Origin: Eledone cirrhosa
Taxonomy: Eukaryota
Direction of reading: 5' to 3'
Assembly: GCA_964016885.1 (NCBI GenBank)
Contig: OZ024752.1
Coordinates: 9,610,001-9,674,000 of the forward strand
DNA: 64,000 bases
Below are positions 14,456-27,679 of the stretch, one piece after another. Below the pieces are notes generated by a model. It saw only the letters and a list, made by a program, of their open reading frames with translations. It was not told where the DNA came from and did not search any database. Position 1 is the stretch's first letter; the number at the start of each line of letters is the position of its first letter. The position numbers and the translations under genes are program-made.

Positions 14456-15095
14456 CATTATATTATATATATAATATACTATATTATATTATATATATAT
14501 ACTATATTATATGTGAATTGGCATATATACTATATTATATTATATGTGAATTGGCTTTCTAGCATAGTTACGTCCCTTTACAATCTCAGTTCAAATCCCG
14601 CCGAGGTTAAATTGCCTTTCATCCTTACGGGGTCGATAAAATAAAGTACCAGTAATACAGTGGGTTATTGGTGGCTTTGTGCCAAAACTAGAAACAATTA
14701 TATATATATATATACATATTATATATATACTATATATATATAATATATATATATATATATAATTGTTTCTACTTTTGGCACAAGGCCAGCAATTATCCTA
14801 GTGCATTACTGGTACTTTATTTTATCGACCCCGTAAGGATGAAAGGCAAAGTTAACCTCGGCGGGATTTGAACTCAGAATGGCAAGGGCCGTAACTCTGT
14901 GCGTCAAAGCATGGCGTCCGACCCTCTACCGATACTGCCAATCCACCGCCTTTAATATTATATATATATAATATTATATATATATATATTAATATTATAT
15001 ATAATATATATATATTATATATTAATATTATATGTAATATATATATATTATATATATACATATTATATATATATATATTATATATATATATATAT
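12129..15095. repeat. Complex (TA)n / TTACATTATA satellite with SINE family 1 copies (12456-12645 +, 13852-13960 +, 14512-14700 +, 14761-14952 -)
   Basis: Direct inspection; B box GAGTTCAAATC in the SINEs. Confidence 0.9.
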
Positions 15096-15096
15096 G

Positions 15097-15422
15097 CTGG
15101 CTGCCAACTCGTTTTCGAGTACGGCCACTACTTTATATCCATGTAGGAGAACCCCTACCAATGCGCTGAACGAGTGTGATTTTTTAGTGCAGCCAGCAAC
15201 TTGAAAACTCTGGTACAAACACTACACTTGTGACAATTATTGACACATAGTGCTGGGCCCATGGTACCATGTGAGAACAAGTGCAGCGAGATCTCTAGAT
15301 ATAAAGCAATGCCTGTGCCGTGAAGCTTTTATAGTGAGCAAAGGCACTGCACAAAGCCAGTTCCACTCTCTTAACCAAGATGATATTTACCAAAAAGAAG
15401 AACAAGTCAACATCATTGGATA
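15097..15422 (-). mobile_element. LINE (RTE-like) 3' end fragment, TA-flanked
   Basis: Reverse complement of 47835-48163, which encodes a C-terminal C2H2-like motif. Confidence 0.7.
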
Positions 15423-15459
15423 TATATATACACACACACATATATATATATATATATAC

Positions 15460-15650
15460 GTTATTCCGGGTTGAATCGGAGGTAACTACAGTAAGTAAGG
15501 CACTCAATACATTGCAGAGTATAAAAGTTTTAATATAGATGAGATTCTACAGGACTAGAACTGGTTCATTCTTCAGAAATCATCAGATTCCTGATGATTT
15601 CTGAAGAATGAAACAGTTCTAGTCCTGTAGAATCTCATCTATATTAAAAT
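15460..15650. mobile_element. Palindromic HHR mini-element, family B
   Basis: 15527-15586 is inverted to 15591-15650; relatives at 32085-32270, 32313-32490 and 35051-35142. Confidence 0.75.
15586..15634 (+). ncRNA. Type I hammerhead (family B)
   Basis: GATTC CTGATGA tttctgaagaat GAAACAG ttctagtc CTGTA GAATC. Confidence 0.8.
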
Positions 15651-16934
15651 TATATATATATATATATATATATACAGTGAGATAGTTAGCAAGCTTGATA
15701 GATGGATGGAAACATATCTAAAGTGCAGACGCCATGTCACACTGTTCATAACGAGATGTATTCACGGTGTGTGAATAGTTTTGTTAATTTGAATCACGAA
15801 TGGATGAATGAGTTGGAAGCTATTCAGAATCTCCACTAAATAGCCAATAGCTCCAATCACGTAACCAACAATACGTGGATCACCAGTCTATTGTTTGTGT
15901 TATAACACGTTACCACACCTTATTTCTATCTTTTATATTGAAAAGCTCTATGTTTAATAAAAAAAATCAGAAAAAATCCTGAATAATGATTAGTGTTCCT
16001 TATTCATAAGACACGTTCCTAGAGACCAACCGAATATACACTTTAGCTTCGTTAAATAAAAAGATAGAATCGAGAAAAAGATTTTTTTTTCTGCGAAGCC
16101 TCATATTTCTGACTTCAAATACGAGAGTATTGATCATATCTACAACAGTTCGAAGAATAAGTATCATGAATATACATAGATATATACTTTTGTCGAGCAT
16201 TGTAATGTTTTTCTCTATCCGAGTGTCAGCTCCGATCGATCAATTTATAACATGCAGATAGTTAACCTAGTGACTAAGTATGTCACATATGTCTAGTGTC
16301 TTAGATATCCCATGTGTCTCTGTAGCTGAATACCGACCAGACTTCACACTCTCATATTCAGCCATTAATCATATAGGCTGTTTTTTTTGACATTCTGGTT
16401 ACCTTCCTCTTTCCCGCTCTCAAATTGTATGTCGCCACAAGAACAGATTTTCGTGTCGGTCAAGGCGTACTAACGACAATTGATGTCTCTCTGTGTGTGA
16501 GGATGTTATCAGTTTATCAGGAATTAAAGGTAGATAATTTGTTACAATCCAAGCACTAACTTATGACCGTCAGAGATGGAGGCAGTTTGTGCTGCATTTG
16601 GCTCTGAAGTGTCACAACGAGGCCGAAATTGATGGTAAAAGATAACATAGAATTATTTTAAGTTGACAGTGGAAATAGAAGTAAAATAGCTAATATTTGA
16701 AGATTGTATTTCATAGTGTTGCTGATCTAGGGATTTAATATACCTGTAAAATCTGATACCTGAATATTTCTTTCTCACTTACTTTCTTTCACTTTCAATT
16801 CTTCTCTGGAAGAAATCGTCTGTATTCAGACCTGGACAGGAGATGGGCGCCGCCAGGTTTTAAAATACCCTAGAAACCACATATGTCAATGTGGCACCAC
16901 TGCGGAAAGAAGAAAGACAGAAGAATATATAATA

Positions 16935-17165
16935 ATAATTGTTTATACTTTTGGCACAAGGCCAGCAATTACCCCAGTGTATTACTGGTACTTTATTTTA
17001 TCGACCCAGTAAGGATGAAAGGCAAAGTAAACCTCGGCGGGATTTGAACTCAGACTGTGAAGGGGCGTAACTCTATACTGCAAAACATGGAGTCCGAGCT
17101 CCTACCGACCTAATAATTGTTTCTACATTTGGCACAAGACTAGCAATTACTCAGTACATTACTGG
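16935..17165 (-). mobile_element. SINE family 1 (one copy plus partial)
   Basis: Reverse-complement core and tail. Confidence 0.85.
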
Positions 17166-17339
17166 TACTTTTGAGGTAATATATATTGTTCTTTATCTTT
17201 AAGTCGGAATTGACTCAGCAGAGTTATCACCAAAAGTATTTCAGTTGTAGCTATCGGCCATTGTATGCCCAGAATTACATAATCAATGCGCCATTCTCTA
17301 TTTAACGTATTAGGGAATTTAAGGGAAAAACTAACCGGT

Positions 17340-17850
17340 AGGAGACCCAGGGTCAGAACCCCGAGCAAGCAAGATCGTTGGCTAACATCAATGAGTTTGG
17401 CTGGTCACACTTAGGGATCCAACCGCATCAATTGGAGACGGTTGCTTCTGACATGACCCGCTGGAAGGAGTGTTTCACGACTATGCCCCCACGACCCTCT
17501 CAGCACGAAGTAGAAAACGAGGAACACGTAAAAGAAGAAAACCAAGAAGAAGACGTAAAAATAGAAAATGAAGAAAACGTAGAAGAAGGAAACGTAGAAG
17601 AAGAAGAAGAAAAAAGAAAAAGAAGAAGGCGTAGAAGAAGAAGAAAAAAGAAGAAAAAGAAGAAGACGTAGAAGAAGAAGAAAAAGAAGACGTAGAAAAA
17701 GAAAAAAAAGAAGAAGAAGAAGCAGAAGAAGACGTAGAAGAAGAAGAAGTAGACAACGAAGGAGAAGAAGAAAACGACGACGACGTAGAAAAAGAAAAAA
17801 GAAGACAATGAAGAAGAAGACGAAGTCAAAAGAGAAGAAAAAGAAGGGTT
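17340..17850 (+). mobile_element. RTE LINE 3' end followed by GAA-rich low-complexity tail
   Basis: WLANINEFGWSHLGIQ..LETVASD matches 19290-19400. Confidence 0.7.
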
Positions 17851-18289
17851 TAATTTAAAGGCAATTGAGACATTATTTCTAGTACGTGGAACAACACTAC
17901 ATATACCCCCCTCTCTCATAGTTTGTTATTTAATACAGTTTATATTAATATATTATAATTGTTTCTACTTTTAGCACAAGGCCAGCAATTACCCAGTACA
18001 TTACAGATGAGACTTGAAGTGCTTCTCATGCTTGGTTGTGTCAATGGAAGTTATATGAATTACACACGAGGTTAATACCTCTCTATTGGCTAAATCATTC
18101 TCAATGTTCGCGAGTGACTTTGTTTAGTCTATTTGTATTGGGTAATCAAGTAGAAATCTGTTTTTTCTCTACGAATTTCTACAAATTTCATACTTGCCGA
18201 CCCAATATTTCATAATTGCTGGTTGTGAATATTGTAGAGATATTGTATGAGTTTATATTCCTCTTCTTTAGCTGTGTGGGAAATTTCGG

Positions 18290-19445
18290 TTTACGTGCCA
18301 AACCTTACTTATGGTCATGAATCTTGGGTAATGACTGAAAGAATATGATTGCGAATACAAGCAGTCGAAATGGGATTCCTCTGAAGGGTCTTTGGGGTAA
18401 CGTTACTAGATAAAGTGTTTTTGCTCGGAGATCAGAGAATCACTCCAGGTAGAGCTGCTACTTCTCCGAGTTGAGAGATCACAGATGCGATATTATGGTC
18501 ATGGGGTTAGCATGGAGTTCCCCCTAAGGATCCTTGGAGTAACATTACTCGATAGAGTGTGTAACTCGGAGATCAGAGAGTCACTCCAGGTAGAGCTGCT
18601 ACTTCTCCGAGTTGAGAGATCACAGATGCGATATTATGGTCATGGGGTTAGCATGGAGTTCCCCCTAAGGATCCTTGGAGTAACATTACTCGATAGAGTG
18701 TGTAACTCGGAGATCAGAGAGTCACTCCAGGTAGAGCTGCTACTTCTAGTTGAGAGATCACAGCTCTGATACTATGGATATGGCGTTAGCATGGAGGTCC
18801 CGCTAAGGATCCTTGGAGTAACATTACTCGATAGAGTGTGGAACTCGGAGATCAGAGAGTGACTCCAGGTAGAGCTGCTACTTCTCCTAGTTGAGAGATC
18901 ACAGCTCTGATACTATGGATATGGCGTTAGCATGGAGGTCCCGCTAAGGATCCTTGGAGTAACATTACTCGATAGAGTGTGTAACTCGGAGATCAGAGAG
19001 TGACTCCAGGTAGAGCTGCTACTTCTCCTAGTTGAGAGATCACAGCTCTGATACTATGGATATGGCGTTAGCATGGAGGTCCCGCTAAGGATCCTTGGAG
19101 TAACATTACTCGATAGAGTGTGTAACTCGGAGATCAGAGAGTGACTCCAGGTAGAGCTGCTACTTCTCCTAGTTGAGAAATCACAGCTCTGATAATTATG
19201 GACATGTGGTTAGAATGTCTCAGGAGAAAAATCGCTGGACAGATTTTACGGGCAAAACTAAGCGGCAGGAGAACGAGGGGTGAACCACGAGCAAAATGGT
19301 TGGATAATATCCATGAGCTTGGCTGGTCTCACTTGGGCACCCAGCTAGATAAGTTGGAGACAGTTGCTTCTGACAGAACCTGCTGAAAGCAGTGTGTGAG
19401 GACTCTGCCCCCGCGACCCTCTGATGAATAAGTGGGTGAAAAAGA
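18290..19445 (+). mobile_element. RTE LINE 3' region with six tandem 141-bp internal units
   Basis: LTYGHESW..EMGFL..GVTLLD..EIRESLQVELLLLRVERSQMRYYGH..GRRTRGEPRAKWLDNI; unit starts near 18370, 18511, 18652, 18790, 18931, 19072. Confidence 0.85.
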
Positions 19446-19693
19446 AGATAGTTATGTGGTTCAGCTATTGGTTATTAACTCTACAAGACAACGATATGTA
19501 CAACGATATACATGTAAATTTCCGTTACAACGAATACCATTATAACACAGATAGTATCGTTAAACACTTTTTCAAACTCCTTGGGTATTAACAAACGAAC
19601 GCTGTATTTGTTTCGGTCGATCTCGTTATAACGAATTTTTCGTTACAACATTTTTTTATACCCCGTAAATTTCGTTATAACGGAATGTCATGG

Positions 19694-19724
<31 letters not shown>

Positions 19725-19760
19725 TTTTTCGACACTAAAATATGTAGTATATATGTATAT

Positions 19761-19874
19761 ATTGTTTCCGAAGAAAACAGTCTGATCGAACCTATGAGAT
19801 CTCATAGTATACAGTTATATAACTGCTATAGATCAGGCAATATAATCAACCCTCCGAAACGATCGTCAAACAAT
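19761..19874 (+). ncRNA. Type I hammerhead with long branched stem II, U4C core
   Basis: ATTGTTT CCGAAGA ... GAAAC GATC GTC AAACAAT; 7-bp perfect stem I; within TA-flanked insert 19721-19938. Confidence 0.75.
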
Positions 19875-20016
19875 GATATGAATAGCTAAAATAACTGGAG
19901 TTTGTTGTTTTTATTTTCATTGTTAATTTAATACCATTTATATATATATATATATATATATATAAGTATGCACACTTATCAGCTGTGCTAGGGCGAGAAA
20001 TAAAATTCTAATTATA

Positions 20017-20421
20017 TACGAGGGCACGAGGGCAATAACAAAAGTAAGGTCCCCTTCCGATATTGCAACTTTTCCGTTAAAATCCTGTGGATGGTGCTTC
20101 GGGAAACCTCAGGAACCAAATGCAAAGAGCATCCAGAGTTATCCGCCGATCTTTACGCATGTTTTCCTCGGAAGGAGATCTTACTTTTGGGATTGCCCTC
20201 GTATATAATAACTGCGCGAAATTCGCACTTGGCGGTAGCGTTCAACGGGAGCTCCATTCTCAACGGCTGCTAAGCCAATATTGGGCATCCCAGCGAAGCG
20301 CGCGCATGCTTGTTTGGCAGTGAAGGAAGCACCAATCACAACAGTGTTGCCAACAGCCGTACGAACAGTTTGTCTGCGGCCCCTTCACTTTGGAGACCTT
20401 ACTTTTGGGATTACCCTCGTA
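20017..20421. mobile_element. Mariner-type MITE relics (CGAGGG TIR, TA target)
   Basis: cgagggcaataacaaaagtaagg is inverted to cttacttttgggattgccctcg-TA, with a second right end at ~20395-20421. Confidence 0.6.
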
Positions 20422-20475
20422 TATATATATATATATATATATATACATACATACATACATATTGGAGTGTCGAAA

Positions 20476-20692
20476 TAATTGTTTCTGATTTAGGCACAAG
20501 GCCAACAATATACGGGGTGGGGAAAATCGATTAAATCGACCCCAGTGCATTACTGGGACTTTATTCTATCGACCCCGTAAGGATGAAAGACAAAGCCAAC
20601 CTAGGCGGGATTTGAACTCAGAACGTAAAGGACCGTTACTATGTTACAAAGCATCGTGTTCGACGTTTTACAAATACTGCCAATTCACTGTC
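20476..20692 (-). mobile_element. SINE family 1
   Basis: Core and tail match. Confidence 0.85.
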
Positions 20693-21942
20693 GAAATAAT
20701 ACATACACGGTACTTAGTAACATCGTTCACATTCTGTCCATGTCCTTGAGAAGCTGACTTTAACTTTCGGTTTTCTGCAGAGTTGCAGAAATAGAAAATG
20801 TCTTTTTTTTCATTTATACAATAGTACAGTTCGTAATCTCATGTAAAAATATATATGTTAGTCCGTGTGTACGTACTGAGCGTATTGAAATTACACAAAT
20901 AATCACTAATGAATTTAAAAGAGCGTTTTGAACGGAATTTCATTCATCGTTGCATGCGGAATCAATGTCTCTCGAGAGAAGATTGAAGAGCTTAGAACAT
21001 TCCTCTAATTGGGGCTTCACGCCTTTCAGTAATGTAGTTGTTAGATCGTAAAATTCAATTAAACTAGTGTTTGGTGTTATATACGTGACAGTTATAAATT
21101 CAATTTAAACATGTTCTTCATAGATAGTCTTGAAAGAGGAAAATGTCAGCCAATGAACGCTGATGACAAACGTTGAGAAAATATCAAAGTTATTCAATTC
21201 AGTATTGTATGTATTCGATTGTAGACAGGAATATTTAAGATGGACGCTTGGAAACAATTACATTCGAAGATGAATATTTTATAGAAGCAGGCATCTTGAA
21301 ATGTTTCAAATATTATTGAAACTAGACTCACATGTCTGCTTCGTCAACAAATCATTTTATATGATATACTGCACAACTATGTATAGCTATAGATTTTAGT
21401 CAACGCTGTAATAAATACAAGTAACGTATTTTCTTTATTTAAAATATTTTCGTAGACGAACATCAGTGATCAGTCGGACTAGATTTAATAAACAATATCT
21501 TGGCATGCCATCGTTTTATACACCGGAAGATATTGTATTTAATACAAACATTTTACATTCTTCTATTATATACAATGTTGGTAAAACATACAGATAAACT
21601 CTGCAATATAGTATAACATAGAATATATATATATATATATATATATATCAATATGAAAGTACAATATATGGTATGTAAAATATATGTCAATCGATTTAGA
21701 ATTAGTGATATAAAGTAGAAACTAATATCTTTGCGAACCGACGGTTAGTTCATGAGTTTAAAAACTCCTGCAACATATGATTGGTGCAGTGGTTGGTGCC
21801 AGAAAGTAGATTTAATTGATTATATGACGATTTATGCCAATGAATATATATCCTTATCAGTATGACAAACATTTGGTTATGAAGGTTAAGAATCGCTTGA
21901 CTAACCAACAAATTGAAATCAGTTATATATATATATATATAA

Positions 21943-22155
21943 TCGATCGACTTTCGTCAAATCGGACCGAGGAAACAATGTTTCCGTTGGTCTTTCCAGT
22001 TGCTAGTACTATCTATCGGTCACAACTCCAGGTAGAAGGAGCAACGTGAAATAAAGTGCCTTGCTCAAGGACATAACGCATCCTGGTCCAGGAATCTAAC
22101 TCACACGCTCAAGATTGTGAATCCGATTCTCTAACCACTCAGCCACACGCCTTCA
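21943..22155 (-). mobile_element. tRNA-derived SINE family 2 (CORE/V-like TCCTTGAGCAAGGCACTT segment)
   Basis: Reverse complement of 24362-24580. Confidence 0.8.
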
Positions 22156-22171
22156 CAATATATATATATAT

Positions 22172-22402
22172 ATTAAAATAACAGATTAAAGTTTAAGCAA
22201 AGAATCGCTGCTTTCACCCTTACCGGGATCTTCCGAAAAAGAGTTTCAGAAGATCTCGTTAAGGGTGAAAGCAGCGATTCTTTGCTTAAACTTTAATCTG
22301 TTATTTTAATAAATATTTGCTCTACGGTTCTTATATATCTCATATATATTTATCCTTATCGAGCCGTCTTTGGATTTTAGTCTTCAAATTTATTATTATT
22401 AC
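22172..22402. mobile_element. Palindromic HHR mini-element, family C
   Basis: 22172-22235 is inverted to 22246-22310; partial copies at 38365-38490, 48397-48465 and 57575-57695. Confidence 0.75.
22241..22293 (+). ncRNA. Hammerhead-like fold with U4A core and CUU site
   Basis: GAGTTT CAGAAGA tctcgttaagggt GAAAGCA gcgattctt TGCTT AAACTT. Confidence 0.55.
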
Positions 22403-22414
22403 TATATATATATA

Positions 22415-22913
22415 GGGCGGTGGATTGGCAGTATCGGTAGAGGGTTTGACGCCATGCTTTCCAGCATAGTTACGTCCCTTTACGATCTGAGTTCAAATCC
22501 CGCCGAGGTTGACTTTGCCTTTCATCCTTACGGGGTCGATAAAATAAAGTACCAGTAATGCACTGGGTAATTGCTGGCCTTGTGCCTAAAGTAGAAACAA
22601 TTATTACTATATATATATAATAGAAAAAACAAGGAAGTTTCGTTTATATATGAAACATATTTATGGCGTATCGACCTGTTACGCGCGTTTCGGAGTGGAT
22701 TGGCTCAAGGTGACCCATAGCAGTTATGATGGACATGACTCTAGTATCGATCTGATCCTCAGAATGGTCATGCGAAACGCGCGTAACTGATCATCATGCG
22801 ATAAATATTTTCATATGTAGACGAAATTTCCTCGATTTTTCTATTTTATACACTCTGCCTATATATAGAGTGTTTGATTTGGTACCAACACCAGTATTTC
22901 ACCGTACTATCTA

Positions 22914-22950
<37 letters not shown>

Positions 22951-23130
22951 TAATAATTATTTCTACTTTTGGCACAAGGCGAGCAATTATCTCAGTGTAT
23001 TACTGGTACTTTATTTTATCGACCCCGTAAGGATGAAAGGCAAAGGTAACCTGGGCGGGATTTGAACTCAGACCATAACTCTTTGCTGCAAAGCATGGCG
23101 TCCGACCCTCTATCGATACTGCCAATCCAT
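22415..23130. mobile_element. SINE family 1 copies (22415-22605 +, 22955-23130 -) flanking an inverted-end HHR insert (22620-22920)
   Basis: SINE core; the insert has GAAACGCGCGTA on both strands and a CTGAGGA core on the minus strand (22673-22769). Confidence 0.7.
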
Positions 23131-23756
23131 GACCTCAGAATCGATTCTTTGAGTTCATTAATTTATAGGGGATTAACGTGATTCTTTTACTTCCGTTTTT
23201 AATTAGAGAGAGAGAGAGAGATTAGGTAGAATCGAAGTTAGTGTTGCAGCATATGTACAAATTTCATTGCAAGGATATATGTGCAAAACACATCTAAACT
23301 GTAGTTACACACCTAACAAACACACATACACACACGCACACACATATGTATATATATAAACACACACAAGCAAATAAATAGTGACATGTAAATAAATGTA
23401 AAAATAAAAAAAAACACACACACCTGGATATAACGCATGAACAACAAATGAGAGACACACAATATAACAAAATTAGTCACTGAGGAGGTCACGGAATGTG
23501 TGACGAAGGGACTTTGTCAATAAACAAACAACCATCCGGTTATTAAACCAACCAACTGGAAATTTGTAATAAATTGAAGCAAAAACCGACAGGTGCGTGT
23601 GTTTTTCTTGACAGCATGACTCTCCCAAAGTATAACCAGCGGAATATACCTTCGAGCACTTAGCAGCAAACGACGTCATCTTGGACTATAAATGCGTTTT
23701 TCTCTTTCTGATGAAGTGCAATATTTTATTACGTAATGCATGAGATTGGGCATGGA

Positions 23757-25003
23757 ATTTACAATCAACACATGTAGACGATATTGTACAGAAACATATG
23801 TTAAGGAATGAACTCCCACTTTATTCCTGTTTTTTCCTGGTACTATAACTATCATGAAGTATAAATTTAGTCTGAAGCCAGAAGGCTCATTAGACCGTTG
23901 CTTATCCCGGTTTCATGGCGTGAAGCGACTGAGAGTACAAAACATACCCCTGGCCAGGACGCCAGTCCATCGCAGGGGTAAACTCCCAGATATTGGTGTT
24001 ACGGATTTTGCAGCTAAGTATACTGGAGCAACGTGAAATGAAGTGTTTTGCTGAAGAACACAACATACAACCCAGGAATCGAACCCACCACATTATGATC
24101 GTAAGGTCACATGGTCACATGCCTCCACATATACTTATATGGTCACATGCCTCCACATATACTTATATGTATAAGACTGAATTACAATTTTCCACTGACC
24201 CTGTTTGACTCTACTGGAATAGAACAGGAAAGTACAATTCATTAATAACAATCACGTGATACAACAGCCTGCAAACAGGAGTTGTACAAAAACCTACGTT
24301 AAAGCATGAACTCCCTACTTATTCATGTTTTTTTCCTGTACCTATTATAAAGTATAAAGGTGAAGGCGCGTGGCTGAGCGGTTAGAGACTTGGATTCGTA
24401 ATCCTGAGCGTGTGAGTTCGATTCCTGGACCGGGTGGTGCGTTATATCCTTGAGCAAGACACTTTATTTCACGTTGCTCTTTCTACCTGGAGTTGCGACC
24501 GATAGATAGTATTAGCAATTGGAAAGACCTATGGAAACGTTGTTTCCTCGGTCCGATATGACGAAAGTCGATCGGCTGTCGAAAGTCTAGTCTGTCTTGA
24601 GCCAGAAGGTTGATCAGGCCGGTACTTACCCCAGTATCATGGCGTGAAGCGACTGAGAGTACAAGAGTCCCTCCTGGACAGAACGCCAGTATATCGCAGG
24701 GTTAAACCCCCAGCTATTGCTGGTACTCATTTTGCAGCTGAGTGTACTGGAGCAACGGGAAATGAAGTGTTTTGCTCAAGAACACAACACGTAACCCAAG
24801 AATCGAACCTACGACATTATGATTGTAAGTCCAAAACCCTTACCACTAGGCCACACGCTCCACCTATACGTATTATATATAAGACTGGATTACAATTTTC
24901 CACTGACTCTGTTTGAATCTACTGGAATATAACAGAAAGGAGGGCAGGAAAGTATAATTCATTTATAACAATCACGTTATACAACAGCCTGCAAACAGGA
25001 GTT
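23757..25003. repeat. Old tandem duplication with SINE family 2 relatives (23870-24125 -, 24595-24862 -) and an extra SINE insertion (24362-24580 +)
   Basis: Repeated segments ataagactg..ttacaattttccactgac and ataacaatcacg..acaacagcctgcaaacaggagtt; B box GAGTTCGATTCC. Confidence 0.75.
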
Positions 25004-26459
25004 TAATATATTATACCCTTGTTGATGGTTATATCAACCATGACATATATCGCTTTATGATTGTAAATATATCAATTACTCACGCTAGAACTGGATGCAA
25101 TGCATTGCCTGAAACAGTCATTAAAACCAAGTTTGTTAGTTTTCGATATCAATTCACCAATGTCCTATAAATATTTATATATAGCGTAATAAGTTTTGAA
25201 TGTAATTTGCCCGCGGAAGGAAATGTTATGAAGTTCTGAACGTCGTTCGTTAATTATTTCAAACATGAAATTCTACCCGGAATAATTATTTCTGGGATAT
25301 TCTCTTGAATTTGTTACCATAATTGAGATGAATAATGTTATTAGAAAATTACTTAATGAGTTTCCTTACAAATAACAATGTAGATTTTATGAAACTCATT
25401 TCTAAATGGTTGATTTTATTTTTAGTTTCATTCAAATATAATTCATATTTTGTTATTTTTCAGACTTTAGCTTCTATATTTGCCAAAATCTATTATTTCA
25501 GAAGTTGATTTATTTTCAAAATTGTGAGATGAATTATATTTTCTCAGGTAATCTCGTGATGTTTACTTCCAATACAAATCTAAATATATTTTCTTCCAAT
25601 ACAAATCTAAATGTGTTTTTCTTTTGAGAAATATTTCATTGCGGCAATCAATTCCAGCATATCTAAACCCGCAGCCAATTAAACACCTTTAATACTAACG
25701 TATTAATTTAAAACGTAGACGCTTAAACTAAATTGACGAATCTAGAAAGTTTGATAGATAGTTAAAATCTTAATTGGAGACAGTAAGGAGTTGAAGTAAA
25801 ATGAGATATTGTTCATTCTTTGTGAGACAGACGAGATATTGTCTATGCGAGTTATAGTGATTATTATATGTGTGTAATAGCAATCAAGGAAGATGAGTTA
25901 TAAATGTTGAAATCTTTGCCATTGAAGACACCATTAATTGTGTTAAATAAAACAATTTGAAAGCAAAGCCATTAGAAACTCACCAGAAAGTTATTTGGAG
26001 ATAAATCTATGCTTTCAAATTTATAGAATTATAAAAACGTAAATAATGAAATTTATGAAAAGAAACCGTCCATATTTCTTCTAAATTAGCTTTTATATTC
26101 AGTTAACATGTGAACAAAATGTCACGTCGTGCTCAGTAGCCATGTTACTAAATAACTGCAGGTATCTTCTTCAGTGTAGTGTATTCTACTATAGATCGCC
26201 AAAATATAGAACATTTCAACGAGGAATGGATACAAAGACATTAAAAATATTTGAACGAGGAGGAACGAAAAGAGAATAAAGCTAATGTTGTAGCTTGTCA
26301 CGTTCTTCCTATTTCTCAGTTTGTATAAAACTATATAATTATATACAAGTGATTAGCTACAATATATAGTTTAAGGTCGAATATTTCTGAAAATTATATG
26401 ACTATTGAGAGAACTATTTGTCCTTTAAGATATAGCTTTATTTAGGACTGGCATGGTAT

Positions 26460-26650
26460 ATGTCAGGTCACTCTCGAGGGCTACTGGCAGCATGTAACCC
26501 AGTACAACCTATCGCATGGTCGGTTCGTCGGCGACTAAACCGGCAACCCCACCAGGTTTATTTGGCGAGGAGGGTGATTTGGGACACCCTGCAGGACAAA
26601 AAAACAAAACGTGGCAAAGGGCGGAAGAACTCATAAGAGTCAACGGCCAT
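26460..26650 (+). repeat. Dispersed repeat, probably a LINE 5' UTR
   Basis: Similar to 47568-47755, which precedes a LINE 3' fragment. Confidence 0.5.
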
Positions 26651-27469
26651 GTAAAAAAAGAAAAGAAAAAAAAATCCTGCTAAATCAATGGGTGGCAGTA
26701 GTTCCAGCTGCACACATCGAAATACTGGTGTAGTGGTTCTGAGAACAATGCGGCTTTGCAGATGATCAATGCAAATTGACAATGGAAAGGCGCTCCCGAT
26801 CGAGTTAGAAGAGAACTATTGACCTTCAGGAGAAACAGCGACCCCTGGTTGTATTCAGCAGCCGAAACAAATATGAAGTACACCAAATCCAATGCTCCTA
26901 GGAACGGCTCTGGTTCTTCTTATTTACGAGTGTAAAGTCGGCCACATTAGATTAGATGGTATAGTTCAATGTCGGAAGATATATAGAGTTCTTGATAGTT
27001 GAGCAAGATTGTACTTAGATATGATCATTCCACTTTCAGTAGCAGAGATAGTTTATAATTCAATACGTCTTCTTTTTCTTCCCGAGAGCCTCATGGGGGC
27101 AGAGTCCTTAAACTCACTTTCCTGTGGCTCCTGTCAGAAGAAATCATCTCCAACTGTTTCGGCTAGATCCCCAAGCGTGATCAGCGAAGCTGATGGATGT
27201 TGGTTGACTCAATACGATAGATATATTTTCCTCGAGCATAAAATGTAGGATGGGTTTTTTTTTCATCATTTGTCTTAACTGAACAGATTGATATAATATG
27301 TTGAATTTATCTATCAATTTGACATACCTGCAGTAAATAGGGGAGGAAGTAGCACGATCTGTATAGCACAATTATCAGTCCAATAGATAAACTAATGATT
27401 ATTTCATAGAAAATGTTTGTAAAAAGCAGACGATAATAAATACATATGAGTGTTAATAATTGTTAGGCT

Positions 27470-27679
27470 ACTTTAGGCACAAGGCCAGCCATTTGAAGGG
27501 GAGGGGAAAGTCGATTAAATCAACCCCAGTGTATAACTTGTACTTTATTTTATCGACTTCGTAAGGGTGAAAGGCAAAGTTAACCTCGGCGGGATTTGAA
27601 CTTAGATCATAAAGGGCCGTAACTCTATGCTGCAAAGCATGGCGTCTGACCCTCCACTGATTCTGCCAATTCACCGCCT
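27470..27679 (-). mobile_element. SINE family 1
   Basis: Core match; further minus copies at 29133-29324 and 33390-33583, plus copy at 35745-35858. Confidence 0.85.

Noticed and set aside
17378-17919. Acidic/basic or Ser/Phe-rich ORFs
   Set aside because: GAA-rich LINE tail of low complexity
24362-24435. tRNA gene
   Set aside because: tRNA-like head continues into a SINE body with copies elsewhere; no proper cloverleaf end or terminator
26700-27370. Possible exon or RT remnant (GC-richer, short ORFs)
   Set aside because: No recognisable motif could be supported by eye
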